Shown one piece after another: positions 12,961 to 24,270 of a DNA stretch of 64,000 nucleotides. The notes beneath the pieces are model-generated. The model saw only the letters and a list, made by a program, of their open reading frames with translations. It did no database searches and had not been told where the DNA came from. A program made the position numbers and the translations under genes. How positions within the stretch are numbered: the stretch's first letter is position 1; each line of letters starts with the position of its first letter. Origin of the DNA: Octopus sinensis (taxonomy: Eukaryota); assembly GCF_006345805.1 (NCBI RefSeq), contig NC_043018.1:22072001-22136000 (forward strand), read 5' to 3'.

Positions 12961-13604
12961 GTACCTTGCTCAGGAATATAATGCACCGCCAAGTCTGGGA
13001 ACTGAACTCGCGATATCATGATCGGGAACCAGACCTCTTAACTACTGGTTTACGCGCTTTCACTTCTGGTCTTAGTACAATGACGACTTACTATATTAAA
13101 TGCATTCATAATGTATAAACAACCTATTGTTAGCAGCGGTGGCGTCTTGTTACTTCGTGTTTGTGTGGGACTGCGATGTAATCTTAGTGAAACAAGCAAA
13201 AACGTATCTGGGCCGCTTCTTTGATGCCAACAACAACACTGTATTCATAGAGTTAAGTCACGTGCGATAAGAAACGAGGCAAGTGTATGCACGATACAGT
13301 TTTAGAAAAGCTAAGACTGTTCGTTGGCAAAACGTGTGATCTAACAATTATTTTTCTGAACTGTGCATTAAGAGCGTGAATATTCAATGATGATAAAATG
13401 GAAGCTGTGACTTGAATGTCTTTTCTTGATAGAAGTGGTCTTCAGTTGCTGCAGAACAGCTAAAATAGATTGCATTCCACGTCTGTAGTTACCACACGTA
13501 TTTGCTCCTGATTTGACACGCAATGCAATTTGTCGCTGATAGGACTAAAATTTGTATAAATTGTTCGCAGAAACAGGTTAAAATTTGAGTAAAATATTTA
13601 TAGA

Positions 13605-13999
13605 CTAGCAGTATCGCCCGGCGTTGCTCGGGTTTGTAAGGGAAATAACTATATAAGCATTTTTAGAGATGTAAAGTATAATAGCCATCTCAATATGGCT
13701 AACCACAAAGTGGAGGTGTTACTGTAGCTTTTTACGTTCTGAGATTTAATAATAAATTTTTAGAGAATTACTTCCCTTATATATGCCAAAAATGCATTAA
13801 AAATGGGAAAAATGATGGTAATTTTTTGTTTTAATCGTAGACTCATCGTAGACGCGCGCTAATACCCAGAAGGGCTCGATATGAATCACGACTATAAGAT
13901 ACCCGGTTTTGGTTAAACTGCACCGCAAAATGTGGGAGTAGTTAGGAATCTAAATCGTAGGAGACAGACAGCACACAACCTCACTTTTATATATAAAGA
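13605..13999 (-). mobile_element. Non-autonomous Helitron, copy 3
   Basis: Reverse complement of copies 1 and 2; A|TC start at 13999, CTAG|T end at 13605, its own unrelated 3' flank. Confidence 0.9.
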
Positions 14000-14676
14000 T
14001 ATGTCGACGCCTTCTTCAGAAGTCGTTTCAAAAGCAATTCGTTGAGTATTACTCGTAAAACTGCTTCAAATATCATGTAAGATACTACGACTGAAACTGC
14101 TTTCCTCTATCGTACAACCTATTCGTGGATTAGATGAACAAAAATCAATCAGTAATTTTAGGTTAGTGTCAATATTTTCATAACCTTAATTGAAATCAGC
14201 TTGGAACAAAATTGTTCTAAGTTTAATTGAGTGGCGAACCAAAGGCTCTGCCGTATTTAGTTACGCCCCTTTACGTTCCCTGGTTGTAAATCCAGGCGGA
14301 ATGGATTTTATATTTAATCTTTCCGGTGCGTATAAGATACGTTTCAGTCAATTTCATCGATTTAATCGACCGAAGGTGTGACCTTTTTGGGAGTATTTTC
14401 AAAGAAATATTTTGTTATAATCGTTATTCTATTAATTAGGAACATGTGAGTAGAGTTAATTATAACAATGTATGAGGAAATTGCTTTGCGTTATTTAGTT
14501 ACGTCCCTTTACGTTCGCCGTTCAAATTTTCACCGACGTCTGCTTTAGCTCTCATCCTTCCGGAATAAGCGTGAAGTCACGTGGCTTAGTGGTTAGGGTG
14601 TTCGGCTCAAGATCGTAAGGTCGTGAGTTCGATTCCCGGCGGCGAATACTTTATTTCACTTATAATAATAATAATA

Positions 14677-15151
14677 TTTTCTACTCTAGGTACAAGGCCC
14701 GAAATTTTGGGGGAGGGAGCAGTCGATTAGATCAACTGCAGTACGCAACTGGTACTTAATTTATCGACCCCGAAAGGATGAAAGGCAAAGTCGACCTCGG
14801 CGGAATTTGAACTCAGAACGTAAAGACAGACGAAATACATATTTCTTTATTACCCACAAGGGGCTAAACTCAGAGGGGACAAACAAGGACAGACATAGGT
14901 ATTAAGTCGATTACATCGACCCCATTGCGTAACTGGTACTTAATTTATCCGAAAGGATGAAAGGCAAAGTCGACCTCGGCGGAAGTTGAACTCAGAACGT
15001 AAAGACAGACGAGATACCGCTAAGCATTTTGCCCAGCGAACTAACGTTTCTTATTTCTTTATTGTCCACAAGGGGCTAAACATAGAGGAGACAAACAAGG
15101 ACAGACTAAGCATTTCGCCCGGTGTGCTACCGTTTCTGCCAGCTCGCTTCC
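14677..15151 (-). mobile_element. SINE family A multimer inserted in (AAT)n
   Basis: Partial and complete cores in tandem; the 3'-most unit has the alternative tail (ggccttgtacctagagtagaaaa); flanked by ttataataataat on both sides. Confidence 0.85.
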
Positions 15152-15153
15152 GT

Positions 15154-15188
<35 letters not shown>

Positions 15189-15813
15189 TAATAATATATT
15201 AATGATCATTATCATTGCTATTATCCATTTAAAAGCGAAAATGGTTGTATTTTAAGCAGTAAATATATTTACATACTATTTAACTAATTTACAATACACA
15301 AAACAAACAGCGTGGAATAACAAGTGTTTTTGGAGGTTAATGAAGTCAGCTGTTTACATAATAATGCCATCAGAGTTGAACAACGATCTAATTTGGTTTT
15401 GCTGTTTTTTTGTCAATTAGATTCACATAAATAAGAGTAATTTAATCAAGAAAAGGAAATCAGTTTAGTATTTTGTAACTCATTTAACGTCTAATAAGTT
15501 ATTCGGTTTTTACAGTTACAGAGAGAACTGAGGCGCTGGAGAAAAACGTGTCAGACATCTTCAGTCATCATCTGCTTAGTACGAAATCCTCTGTTCTTGT
15601 AGAGGAACACATTGGACTTCACAGAACAAGGGAAGTCTGTTTATGTTAAATTTAGACAGAAACGCGGTGACCTATCATAATTGTGGGTAATTTATACAAG
15701 AATTTATCTTGATAATTTATGCAGCGAGTTTACGTTCCGTTAACGCCATGTAAATAGGAAAGTCGTGCAGAGATTTTCCAGAAAGAGAAAATTTACTATA
15801 TGTATATATATAT

Positions 15814-16018
15814 ACATCACAATCAAGGAACGGCCATAATAGGCCATTCACCCACTAGAAATAACAGCCAAAAGCTTCAACCGCAAAATAACATCAATTC
15901 CGTAAACTAGGAGAATTTCTCCTGGTTTACGGAATTGATGTTATTTTGCGGTTGAAGCTTTTGGCTGTTATTTCTAGTGGGTGAATGGCCTATTATGGCC
16001 GTTCCTTGATTGTGATGT
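15814..16018. repeat. Near-perfect palindrome, 102-bp arms, 1-nt centre
   Basis: 15814-15915 is the reverse complement of 15917-16018 except for T15908/G15924. Confidence 0.98.
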
Positions 16019-16139
16019 TGAACTTAAAAATGGTCTATGACTATTTAATTTTTTCCCACTAGGCCGCTGGTGGCAAAAAAATTCTACAAAATTTTTTTTG
16101 CCACCCTATATTGATTAATTATATATATATACATATATA

Positions 16140-16526
16140 TACTCCTTACTCCTTTACTTGTTTCAGTCATTTGACTGCGGCCATGCTGGAGCACCGCCTT
16201 TAGTCGAGCAAATCAACCCCGGGACTTATTCTTTGTAAGCCCAGTACTTATTCTATCGGTCTCTTTTTGCCGAACAACTAGGTGACGGGGACGTAAACAC
16301 ACCAGCATCGGTTGTCAAGCAATGCTAGGGGGACAAACACACATACACACACACAAACATATATATATATATATATAACAGGCTTCTTTCAGTTTCCGTC
16401 TACCAAATCCACTCACAATCCGGGGCTATAGCAGAAGACACTTGCCCAAGATGCCACGCAGTGGGACTGAACCCGGAACCATGTGGTTGGTTAGCAAGCT
16501 ACTTATCACACAGCCACTCCTGCGCC
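16140..16526 (-). mobile_element. SINE family B copy
   Basis: Tail at ~16140-16330, head at 16383-16526. Confidence 0.9.
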
Positions 16527-16538
16527 TATATATATATA

Positions 16539-17120
16539 GGCGTAACTGCGTGGTAAGAAGCTTGCTTCCCAACCACATGGTTCCGGGTTCAGTCCCACTG
16601 CGTGGCACCCTGGGCAGGTATCTACTATTATAGCCTCGGTCCGACCAAAGCCTCGTGGGTGGATTTCGTAGACGGAAACTGAAAGAACCCAGTCATATAC
16701 ATATGTATTTGTGTATCTGTGTTTGTTCCCCTACCATCGGTTTCGGGATTCAGTCCCACTATGCGGCATCTTAAGCAAGTGCCTTCTACTTTAGCCCTGG
16801 GTCGATGAAAGCTTTGTGGTTGAAATTTTTTACACGGTAACTTTGTAAAACCCCGTTGCATGAGTGTGTATGTGCGTGTATGTATGCGTGTGTGTGCCTG
16901 TGTACGTGCGTGTCTTTGTCTTCCATTACCGATTGCTAATCGGTATTCCTCGTTTTTGGTATTGGGTTGTTTACGTCACTGTAGCGTAGCGATTCGGCAA
17001 AAGAGACCGATAGATTAAGTACTAAACTCTCATAAGTCCTGGGTTAAATTTATGCGATGAAACCTTTCAAGGCGGTGTCTCAGCATGGCCGCTGTCCAAT
17101 GATTGCAACAAGTGAAAGAC
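16539..17120 (+). mobile_element. SINE family B copy with internal partial duplication
   Basis: Head at 16539-16695, second degenerate head piece at ~16740-16860, tail ending ~17120. Confidence 0.8.
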
Positions 17121-17179
17121 AAACAACAACTGCAATCTGTTGTGTGGTATTAGTTTGCGTTCCTTTGTATCGCTATTTC

Positions 17180-17544
17180 CAGAGATCGAGAAACACCCAT
17201 GGAGAACAGGCGGAGTTGTTATGTTTCTTCCTTTCTCCTTCTCTTTCCTTGCTGCACATTCTTCTCCCCTTCTTTCTATAACATAAAGTCGAGAATGTAA
17301 CGAGGGGCGTTGTAGTTGTTTATACAACGATGACAGTTCTAATAATGTTTGGGTTTTATCATCAAAACAGTTCTTGAACCGACGAAAGAAAAGGGTCTGA
17401 AACATTAACCCCGCTTCGTATGCTAAAGTATTTAAGTATGACAAAGACAATTTTGTTAAAACAGTTGCCCGCATAGCAATATTGACAAAGACATCATTGA
17501 CACCAGTGACGTAATATAGTTTCAACAACTCATCAGCAAAATAA
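17180..17544 (+). other. Putative non-coding 5' exon of the tincar-like gene (5' boundary unknown)
   Basis: Consensus donor AA|GTGAGT at 17545-17550 ending a repeat-free stretch, about 1 kb upstream of a strong acceptor at 18574. No expression data. Confidence 0.35.
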
Positions 17545-17810
17545 GTGAGTCATGCATTGTTTTTGTTAGTTTCACCCAAATTTTATTCGATGTAAACACC
17601 CACTCTCTAGTTTTCCCTCATTGTCTCATCCGCGTTTTGGGCGATTGCGATAAACAAAAGAAATCGTTATTTTCTTTTGCTATTTTTTTTTTTTGTTATA
17701 GCTTGTTTTTTTTTATTTTCTTTTTGCCTGTTTGTATGGAAACCACCCAACATGCCGTGTGGTACCCTTTGTATTATTTCTATTGTTTTTGCGGTCCCTG
17801 TGGCTAATAA

Positions 17811-17849
17811 ACTACTACTACTACTACTACTACCGCCGCCGCCGCCGCC
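17811..17849. repeat. (CTA)n(CCG)5-6 compound trinucleotide repeat
   Basis: Directly visible; the only CCG tract I noticed in the window, in the putative first intron. Confidence 0.9.
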
Positions 17850-18574
17850 ATCATCTGGCAGAATAGTTAGAGCGTCAGTAATAATTGCTTTCGGTGTTTC
17901 TTTCGGTGAGTTCAAATCCCATGAAGGCAATCTTTGACTAGCATCCCTTTGGAATCAATAAAAATAAAGTACCAGTAAAGTACCGAGGTCGATATTATTG
18001 ACTAGCCCCTCTTCTCAAGACTGTTGGCCTGTCGAGGCCAGAATTTCATCCCTCTGGGGTCGATAAAATAGATACCAGCTTCGATATTGTTTATTCCCTC
18101 CTCCTTATAATTGCTGGCCTTGTGCTTTAATTAAAAACCGTTATTTTTAGACACGGAGTTTAAGGCGACAGAGTGATAATCAGAAGAAAAAAAAAACACA
18201 TCGCGGTATTTGCTCCGGGATTCTTTGTGCTCTGAGTTCCAATCTCGCAGAGATTAACTTTGCTTTTCATCGTTTCGAGGTCCATAAAATATAGAAATTA
18301 TCAACAAATTCCTTCTCCTCAAGAATTACTGGCATTGTGCTTAAATTAGAAATAAGTGCTGCACAGCAAGCAGTACACGTTCAACATTCTTCCATGAATG
18401 AATTCCAATAACTGTTCTTCTCCTTCATCTGTCCTTCATAAATGCATGAATGTTATCAAGTTTCATTTCCTTCTTCCTATTCAATGAGGTTTTTCAGAGT
18501 TTGCTTATGATGTGTATTGTGAAGATTGTTAAAACTCACTCTATTTAAAAATATTCTTTTTCTATTTTCTCCAG

Positions 18575-19079
18575 TGCTAGAGATGAAGACGGCTGTTACC
18601 AATGTCAAAGAATCGCCGTCCACGTTGGATAATAAAGTGACTTCTGGAATTCTAAGAAACGCCTATTCAGATCGAAACTCCTCCTGCATCGACCCTCACT
18701 TCCTGGAAAATATGTCCGGACATACTACACAGTGTGCCTCTCTAAATTACCTCTACACGCCTGGAGTATTTTAAAATCTCTTGTTTAAAATATCTGCTGA
18801 TTTTTACGTTCGCAAACACCAATAACGAAACATTGAAACTTGACAAAAAGACAAGATTAACAGAAAATATAATAATAAAAAAATAATAATAATAATAATA
18901 ATACCATGTATATTAAAACAAGTATTAGGTTTTAAATACATGATATTTTCTCCTATATAAATACAGACACTAAACACACACACACACACACACACATACA
19001 TACATACATATATACATACATATATACTGACCCTTCCCACACACTTGGATACACATAACGAGATTCTCTTTTCGTCGCT
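18575..19079 (+). other. Putative 5' UTR part of the first coding exon, containing a 63-codon uORF (18583-18774)
   Basis: Acceptor tttttctattttctccAG at 18573-18574; no convincing acceptor found immediately before ATG 19080. Confidence 0.4.
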
Positions 19080-19539
19080 ATGGAAACATTTGTAAAAAGC
19101 TCCGTTCTAAATTCCTTATGGTCAATATGGTATTGCTTAGTTGTGATTGGCTTTCAGAGTTACATTACTTACCGTGAAATACAGCGCTACCTGGTGTTAA
19201 GACAAGCACAATGGCGGGCTTCTCTAATTCCTCCGGCGGAACTAACGGCTCAGCTCGTTCTTGTCATTGTATCAATACTGTGTGTACCTCTTTTCATACT
19301 TGCCTGCATTTTCCGTACGGGCAACTATGCTAACGATGGAGTGAAGCTTGGGCGTGATCATGCTCTTAACTCGAACATGGAAACTGTTTTTCGGCCAGTA
19401 CATTTTACCCTTATACGCCGAATCTGGCGACATTTCTGTCCTCTTGCCCAAACATTACACCTCATGGCAGCGCTCTGTCTTTTACTACCGGATACACTAA
19501 TTACTGCTGCTGGAGTCTACCACAAGCACAGGACAAAAG
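19080..19539 (+). CDS. tinc: Tincar-like multi-pass membrane protein, first coding exon (153 codons, phase-1 donor)
   Basis: Motifs LNSLWSIWY, GNYANDGVKLG and LCLLLP match my recall of the Drosophila tincar N-terminal region (LNSLWSIWY, GNLANDGIKL, LCLLLP); three hydrophobic segments; donor AAAG|GTAGGT at 19540. Confidence 0.85.
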
Positions 19540-19935
19540 GTAGGTTCCTTAACGAACTTTATTACACACACACACACTCACTTCTGTGTCTATATAATAA
19601 TCATTGTCATCTTTGTTTAACGCTCGTTTTCCATCGGTTGGACGGTTTGAGAGGAGCTGGTCAGCCGGCGAGCTGTCTAAACTCCTATTGTCTGTTGTTG
19701 CATCGATTTTACGGCTTGATACTCTTCATAACATCAGCCACCTTACAGTGTGCTGGCTGCTTTTTACGTGCCAAAGACCTGGATCTATTTGTGCAGCACC
19801 GGCTCGACTGCATTTTATATGGTTCCGGTACCTCTAAAGAACAAGCTTGTATGTATGGATGACAGCTACTTTACCTAGCTTCACACATCTCCAAGTACAG
19901 CAAATCGCCACAATTCCCGGTCTCTTCCATATAAT

Positions 19936-20021
<86 letters not shown>

Positions 20022-20186
20022 GGCGCAGGAGTGGCTGTGTGGGAAGTAGCCTGTCTACCAACCACATGGTTCCGGGTTCAGTCCCACTGCGTGGCACCTT
20101 GGGCAAGTGTCTTCTACTATAGCCTCGGGCCGACCAAAGCCTTGTGAGTGGATTTGGTAGACGGAAACTGAAAGAAGCCCGTCGTA

Positions 20187-20228
<42 letters not shown>

Positions 20229-20431
20229 TGTGTGTGTGTTTGTCCCTCTAGCATTGGTTGACAACCGATGCTGGTGTGTTTATGTCCCCGTCACTTAGCG
20301 GTTCGGCAAAAGAGACTGATAGAATAAGTACTGGGCTTACAAAAGAAGTTCCGGGGTAGAGTTGCTCGATTAAAAGGCGGTGCTCCAGCATGGCCGCAGT
20401 CAAATGACTGAAACAAGTAAAAGGGTAAAAG

Positions 20432-20432
<1 letters not shown>
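20022..20432 (+). mobile_element. SINE family B, young full-length copy within a (TA)n tract
   Basis: Complete head, internal (TA)(TG) tract, tail; (TA)n-T-(TA)n on both flanks. Confidence 0.92.
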
Positions 20433-20485
<53 letters not shown>

Positions 20486-20972
20486 ATATTTGGTTTTCTC
20501 TTCCATATTTTGTATAAGTACAAATAAACTATAAATCGACTGGGTACTTGTTGACCACCTGCTTTTACTTTCGTTCTGTTATATAGGCCTTCCTTCAAAA
20601 CAGAATCAAAAGGTATTTGGTACAGCAAAAGCTATATTTTCTTTCTTCGGATGTGTATATTTTAAGCACCGTAAATTACATTTCAGCAAAAAGAGAAAAA
20701 AAAAAAAAATGCCAGGGGAATTTTTATGTTCCTCCACCATTCTTACTTTAATTTTAAGATATTCTCAGGTTTATGTTTTCAATTATTAAGCATATTTTTG
20801 CAAGAATCGTATTCTCAAATGAGAATACCATTCTTCAGCATACATTAAAAATTTAAAACATCGATTAAAAATTATGAAAAAATATTATCAACAGAAAATC
20901 TAGAATCAAAATTTAAATATTTCAGAAAGGTAAGGAAGCAGAAATCTTTTCTATAAGCCGTACCACATAACA

Positions 20973-21360
20973 GGAGGCGCAATGACCCAGTGGTTAGGGC
21001 AGCGGACTCGCAGTCGTAGGATCGCGGTTTCGATTCCCAGACCGGGCGTTGTGAGTGTTTATTGAGCGAAAACACCTAAAGCTCCATGAGGCTCTGGCAG
21101 GGATGGTGGTGATCCCTGCTGTACTCTTTCACCACAACTTTCTCTCACTCTTACTTCCTGTTTCTGTTGTATCTGTATTTCAAAGGGCCGGCCTTGTCAC
21201 TCTCTGTGTCACGCTGAATATCCCCGAGAACTACGTTAAGGGTACACGTGTCTGTGGAGTGCTCAGCCACTTGCACGTTAATTTCACGAGCAGGCTGTTC
21301 CGTTGATCGGATCAACCAGAACCCTCGTCGTCGTAACCGACGGAGTGCTTCCATCCACCA
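20973..21360 (+). mobile_element. SINE family C (tRNA-like head ggaggcgcaatggcccagtggttagg), tail x
   Basis: A box tgacccagtggttagg, B box ggtttcgattccc; tail ends cgtcgtaaccgacggagtgcttcca; near-identical copies at 23893 and 38013. Confidence 0.9.
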
Positions 21361-21576
21361 CAAAAAAAAAAGAAAAAAAATGCGCGCGTGTGTAGTTGAA
21401 ATATCGTACTCCAGTATGGTCACAACATCTGATTGCAATCAATAAAGAATATACAAACTGTATGAAACATGTATGTCCAAATATATTGAAGTCTTTGGCG
21501 CACTTGTTTATTTCCGACTCTTTTCTATATAAACGCCTCTATGGTGTAAGTTAAATAGATAAATAAAATCCCCTAT

Positions 21577-21600
<24 letters not shown>

Positions 21601-21607
<7 letters not shown>

Positions 21608-21858
21608 ACCGACCAGGTCATCAGATGTTACACATCGATGGTCACAATGCGCTTCGCATTGTTTTAGCCTTCAAATGACGCCACCCCGCTGGCTAAGCGA
21701 GCAGGCCAACAGAAGAAAGCCACCACCCCCTGCCAGAGGTCGTGGAGCCTTTAGGTGTTTTCGCTCATTAAACACTCACGACACCCGGTCTAGGAATCGA
21801 AACCGCGATCCAACGACCGCGAACCCGCTGCCCTAACCACTGGGCCAGTGCGCCCCCG
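21601..21858 (-). mobile_element. SINE family C head joined to a different tail (tail z)
   Basis: Minus-strand family C head at 21720-21858 continues into ctttcttctgttggcctgctcgcttagccagcgggg...gtcacgtga. Confidence 0.75.
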
Positions 21859-21901
21859 TATATATATATAAATTATGACTGGAAGTAGACCGCCGTGTGT
21901 T

Positions 21902-21933
<32 letters not shown>

Positions 21934-22750
21934 GTGTGTGTTTTTGTCCCCAACCATCACTTGGTAATCGGTGTTGGTGTGTTTGCGTCCCTGTAACTTA
22001 ACGGTTTGGTAAAAAAAAACACCGATAGAATAAGTACCGGGCTTTGCCAAAATAATAAATGCCGAGGCTGATTCGCTCGGCGAAAATTCTTTCAAGGCGG
22101 TGCTCCAGCATGGCCGTCGTGTAATGACTGAAACAAGTAAACAAAAGACAAGAGCTATCATATCCGTACCTCTTGGTGCTTCACCTGTATCCCCCTCTCC
22201 GCTTCCAAATCCGAACCTTATCTACTCAGCCCCGCAGTCATAGCTCCATATAGATCCTTCATTGGATACAGAAGAAGAAAAATAAATCTGAATTTATTCT
22301 CGTCGAACGAATCGAAATAATGAAAGCTGACTAAATATTTCTCCTTTTGGAATATGGATTACGTTTTTAAAATCGATAATGTGGTTATTTTTAGACGCAA
22401 TCTAGTAATGTAGAACGTCACTTGTACTTCTCCAATTATATACTTATTTATTTTTGAACAGATCAATATTATTTCGATTGGTTCATGATAGGAATCACAG
22501 TCTTTGACGTTTTCGATGTCTTCAACAAAATCTGTTGATAATAAGGAACTTGGATAGGTTTAAACCTCATGTTCCAATCTCTAAATGTGTTCGGTGACAT
22601 TTACAAACACGAGAGGGAGAACATACAGTTGTTAACATAATTAGTCCGGATATTAATACACACACTTCAAGGTAATTTTTAGTACAATAGAACATGGAAA
22701 CGTTAAACGTTTAGTACAGTCATCCTACCCCATTGTCTGTGTGACACCTG

Positions 22751-22950
22751 AGTAGTTAGTTAGTTAGTTAGTTAATTTGGCTCAAAAGCAAATAGCAAGG
22801 CCATGTAGGGGGACATGGAGTTAAGTACAGGGTGGTGTTCATGTAAAGAGTTCAGGCCATTTGAGGTCCAGGGAGGCTTTGAACAAAGCGGTCGTCGGCA
22901 TCTTCACCATCTCGTCTGGCAGCTTGTTCCACGGATCCGCAACCCGGACT
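22751..22950 (-). mobile_element. 5'-truncated CR1-like LINE 3' end
   Basis: Minus frame 22949-22839 reads VRVADPWNKLPDEMVKMPTTALFKASLDLKWPELFT* (cf. RVxxxWNxLP...FKxxLD); short 3' UTR; (AACT)n tail at 22751-22775. Confidence 0.85.
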
Positions 22951-23117
22951 CATAGAATATTTTGTGGAGTCAACGCCAGCAAAATATCAAATTGAATGTC
23001 CACGGTAGTATTTCAGATGTCTATGAAAAAAAGTTTTGCTTATTTCAAGAAACAGGTTTCTTTCTCTAACACTAAACATAGTTCAACGTAATAGTGTGCA
23101 AAGCTGGCTGAGCAGTG

Positions 23118-23505
23118 GAGGCGCAATGGCCCAGTGGTTAGGGCAGCGGGCTCGGGGTCAGATGATCGCGGTTTCGATTCCCATATCGGGCGCTGTGTGT
23201 GTTTATTGGGCAAAAACACCTAAAGCTCCACGAGGCTCTGGCAGGGGGTGGTGGCGACCCCTGTTGTACTCTTTCGCTCCAACTTTCTCTCACTTTTTCT
23301 TCCTGTTTCTTGTCCCCGACTTCCTACGCAACCGCTGAGCCTGGATGTGCATTCATCCATCCGTCGACGCTCTTGGTGTCGGGGGTTGACCTGCTCTCTC
23401 TTCTGCGGGTCTTACGAATAGCAAAGGACCACGTTTCGGACTTCTCCCATCTTGCGAGCTCAGGGACGAAGACCGTTCGCTCAACAGCAACAGCAGCAAG
23501 CACAG
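23118..23505 (+). mobile_element. SINE family C head with tail y
   Basis: Same head as 20973, diverges after cttcctgtttct; ends in (caacag/cag)n. Confidence 0.8.
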
Positions 23506-23892
23506 GCATGCATTGGTGTAGCACTGAAAAAGCATTTTTTAGAAATAAATTTGTCCTTGTATATTCATGACATATTTTATTAGTAAACATTCATTTTCCG
23601 TAGAATTTCGTTCTTGAAAGTGATGTCCGATACATTGGTTATACTTCCGCAGACAAAATATCTTAATTTTTATACAACTCCTAATAATATTTAATAATAT
23701 CTAATTATAAAAAACCCTACTAGACTACGTTTAAAGAGACTTAATATATGTGCCATTGTTTCTAAGAGGTAACTAAAGAGACTTGTCGGCACACGTCGTG
23801 GTCCCGGCGGACATAATGGAAAAAGGTGTTGCTCCGGGAGATGGCAAGGACTGGGACAGCCACTCTGACTCACAAGGGTCGTACTTGCTTGC

Positions 23893-24270
23893 AGGGAGGC
23901 GCAATGGCCCAGTGGTTAGGGCAGCGGTCGTAGGATCGCGGTTTCGATTCCCAGACCGGGCGTTGTGAGTGTTTATTGAGCGAAAACACCTAAAAGCTCC
24001 ACGAGGCTCCGGCAGGGATGGTGGTGATCCCTGCTGTACTCTTTCACCACAACTTTCTCTCACTCTTACTTCCTGTTTCTGTTGTACCTGTATTTCAAGG
24101 GGCCGGCCTTGTCACTCTGTGTCACGCTGAATATCCTCGAGAACTACGTTAAGGGTACACGTGTCTGTGGAGTGCTCAGCCACTTACACGTTAATTTCAC
24201 GAGCAGGTTGTTCCGTTGATCGGATCAACCGGAACCCTCGTCGTCGTAACCGACGGAGTGCTTCCAACCA
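23893..24270 (+). mobile_element. SINE family C, tail x, with 10-bp TSD
   Basis: TSD acttgcttgc at 23883-23892 and 24271-24280. Confidence 0.93.

Noticed and set aside
17067-17528. 153-aa minus-strand ORF
   Set aside because: TTG start, no recognisable motifs, overlaps a SINE tail and the putative 5' exon on the other strand.
19540-19862. C-terminal 107 codons of the listed 260-aa ORF
   Set aside because: Read-through past a consensus donor into (CA)n and repeat-derived intron sequence; tincar similarity stops at the donor.
20973-21045. tRNA genes at SINE heads (also 14580, 23118, 46466, 53725)
   Set aside because: A/B boxes are present but there is no complete cloverleaf or acceptor stem, and they continue into SINE bodies.
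21600-21630. CTGATGA on the minus strand (21618-21624) as a hammerhead core
   Set aside because: No helix II followed by GAAA downstream.
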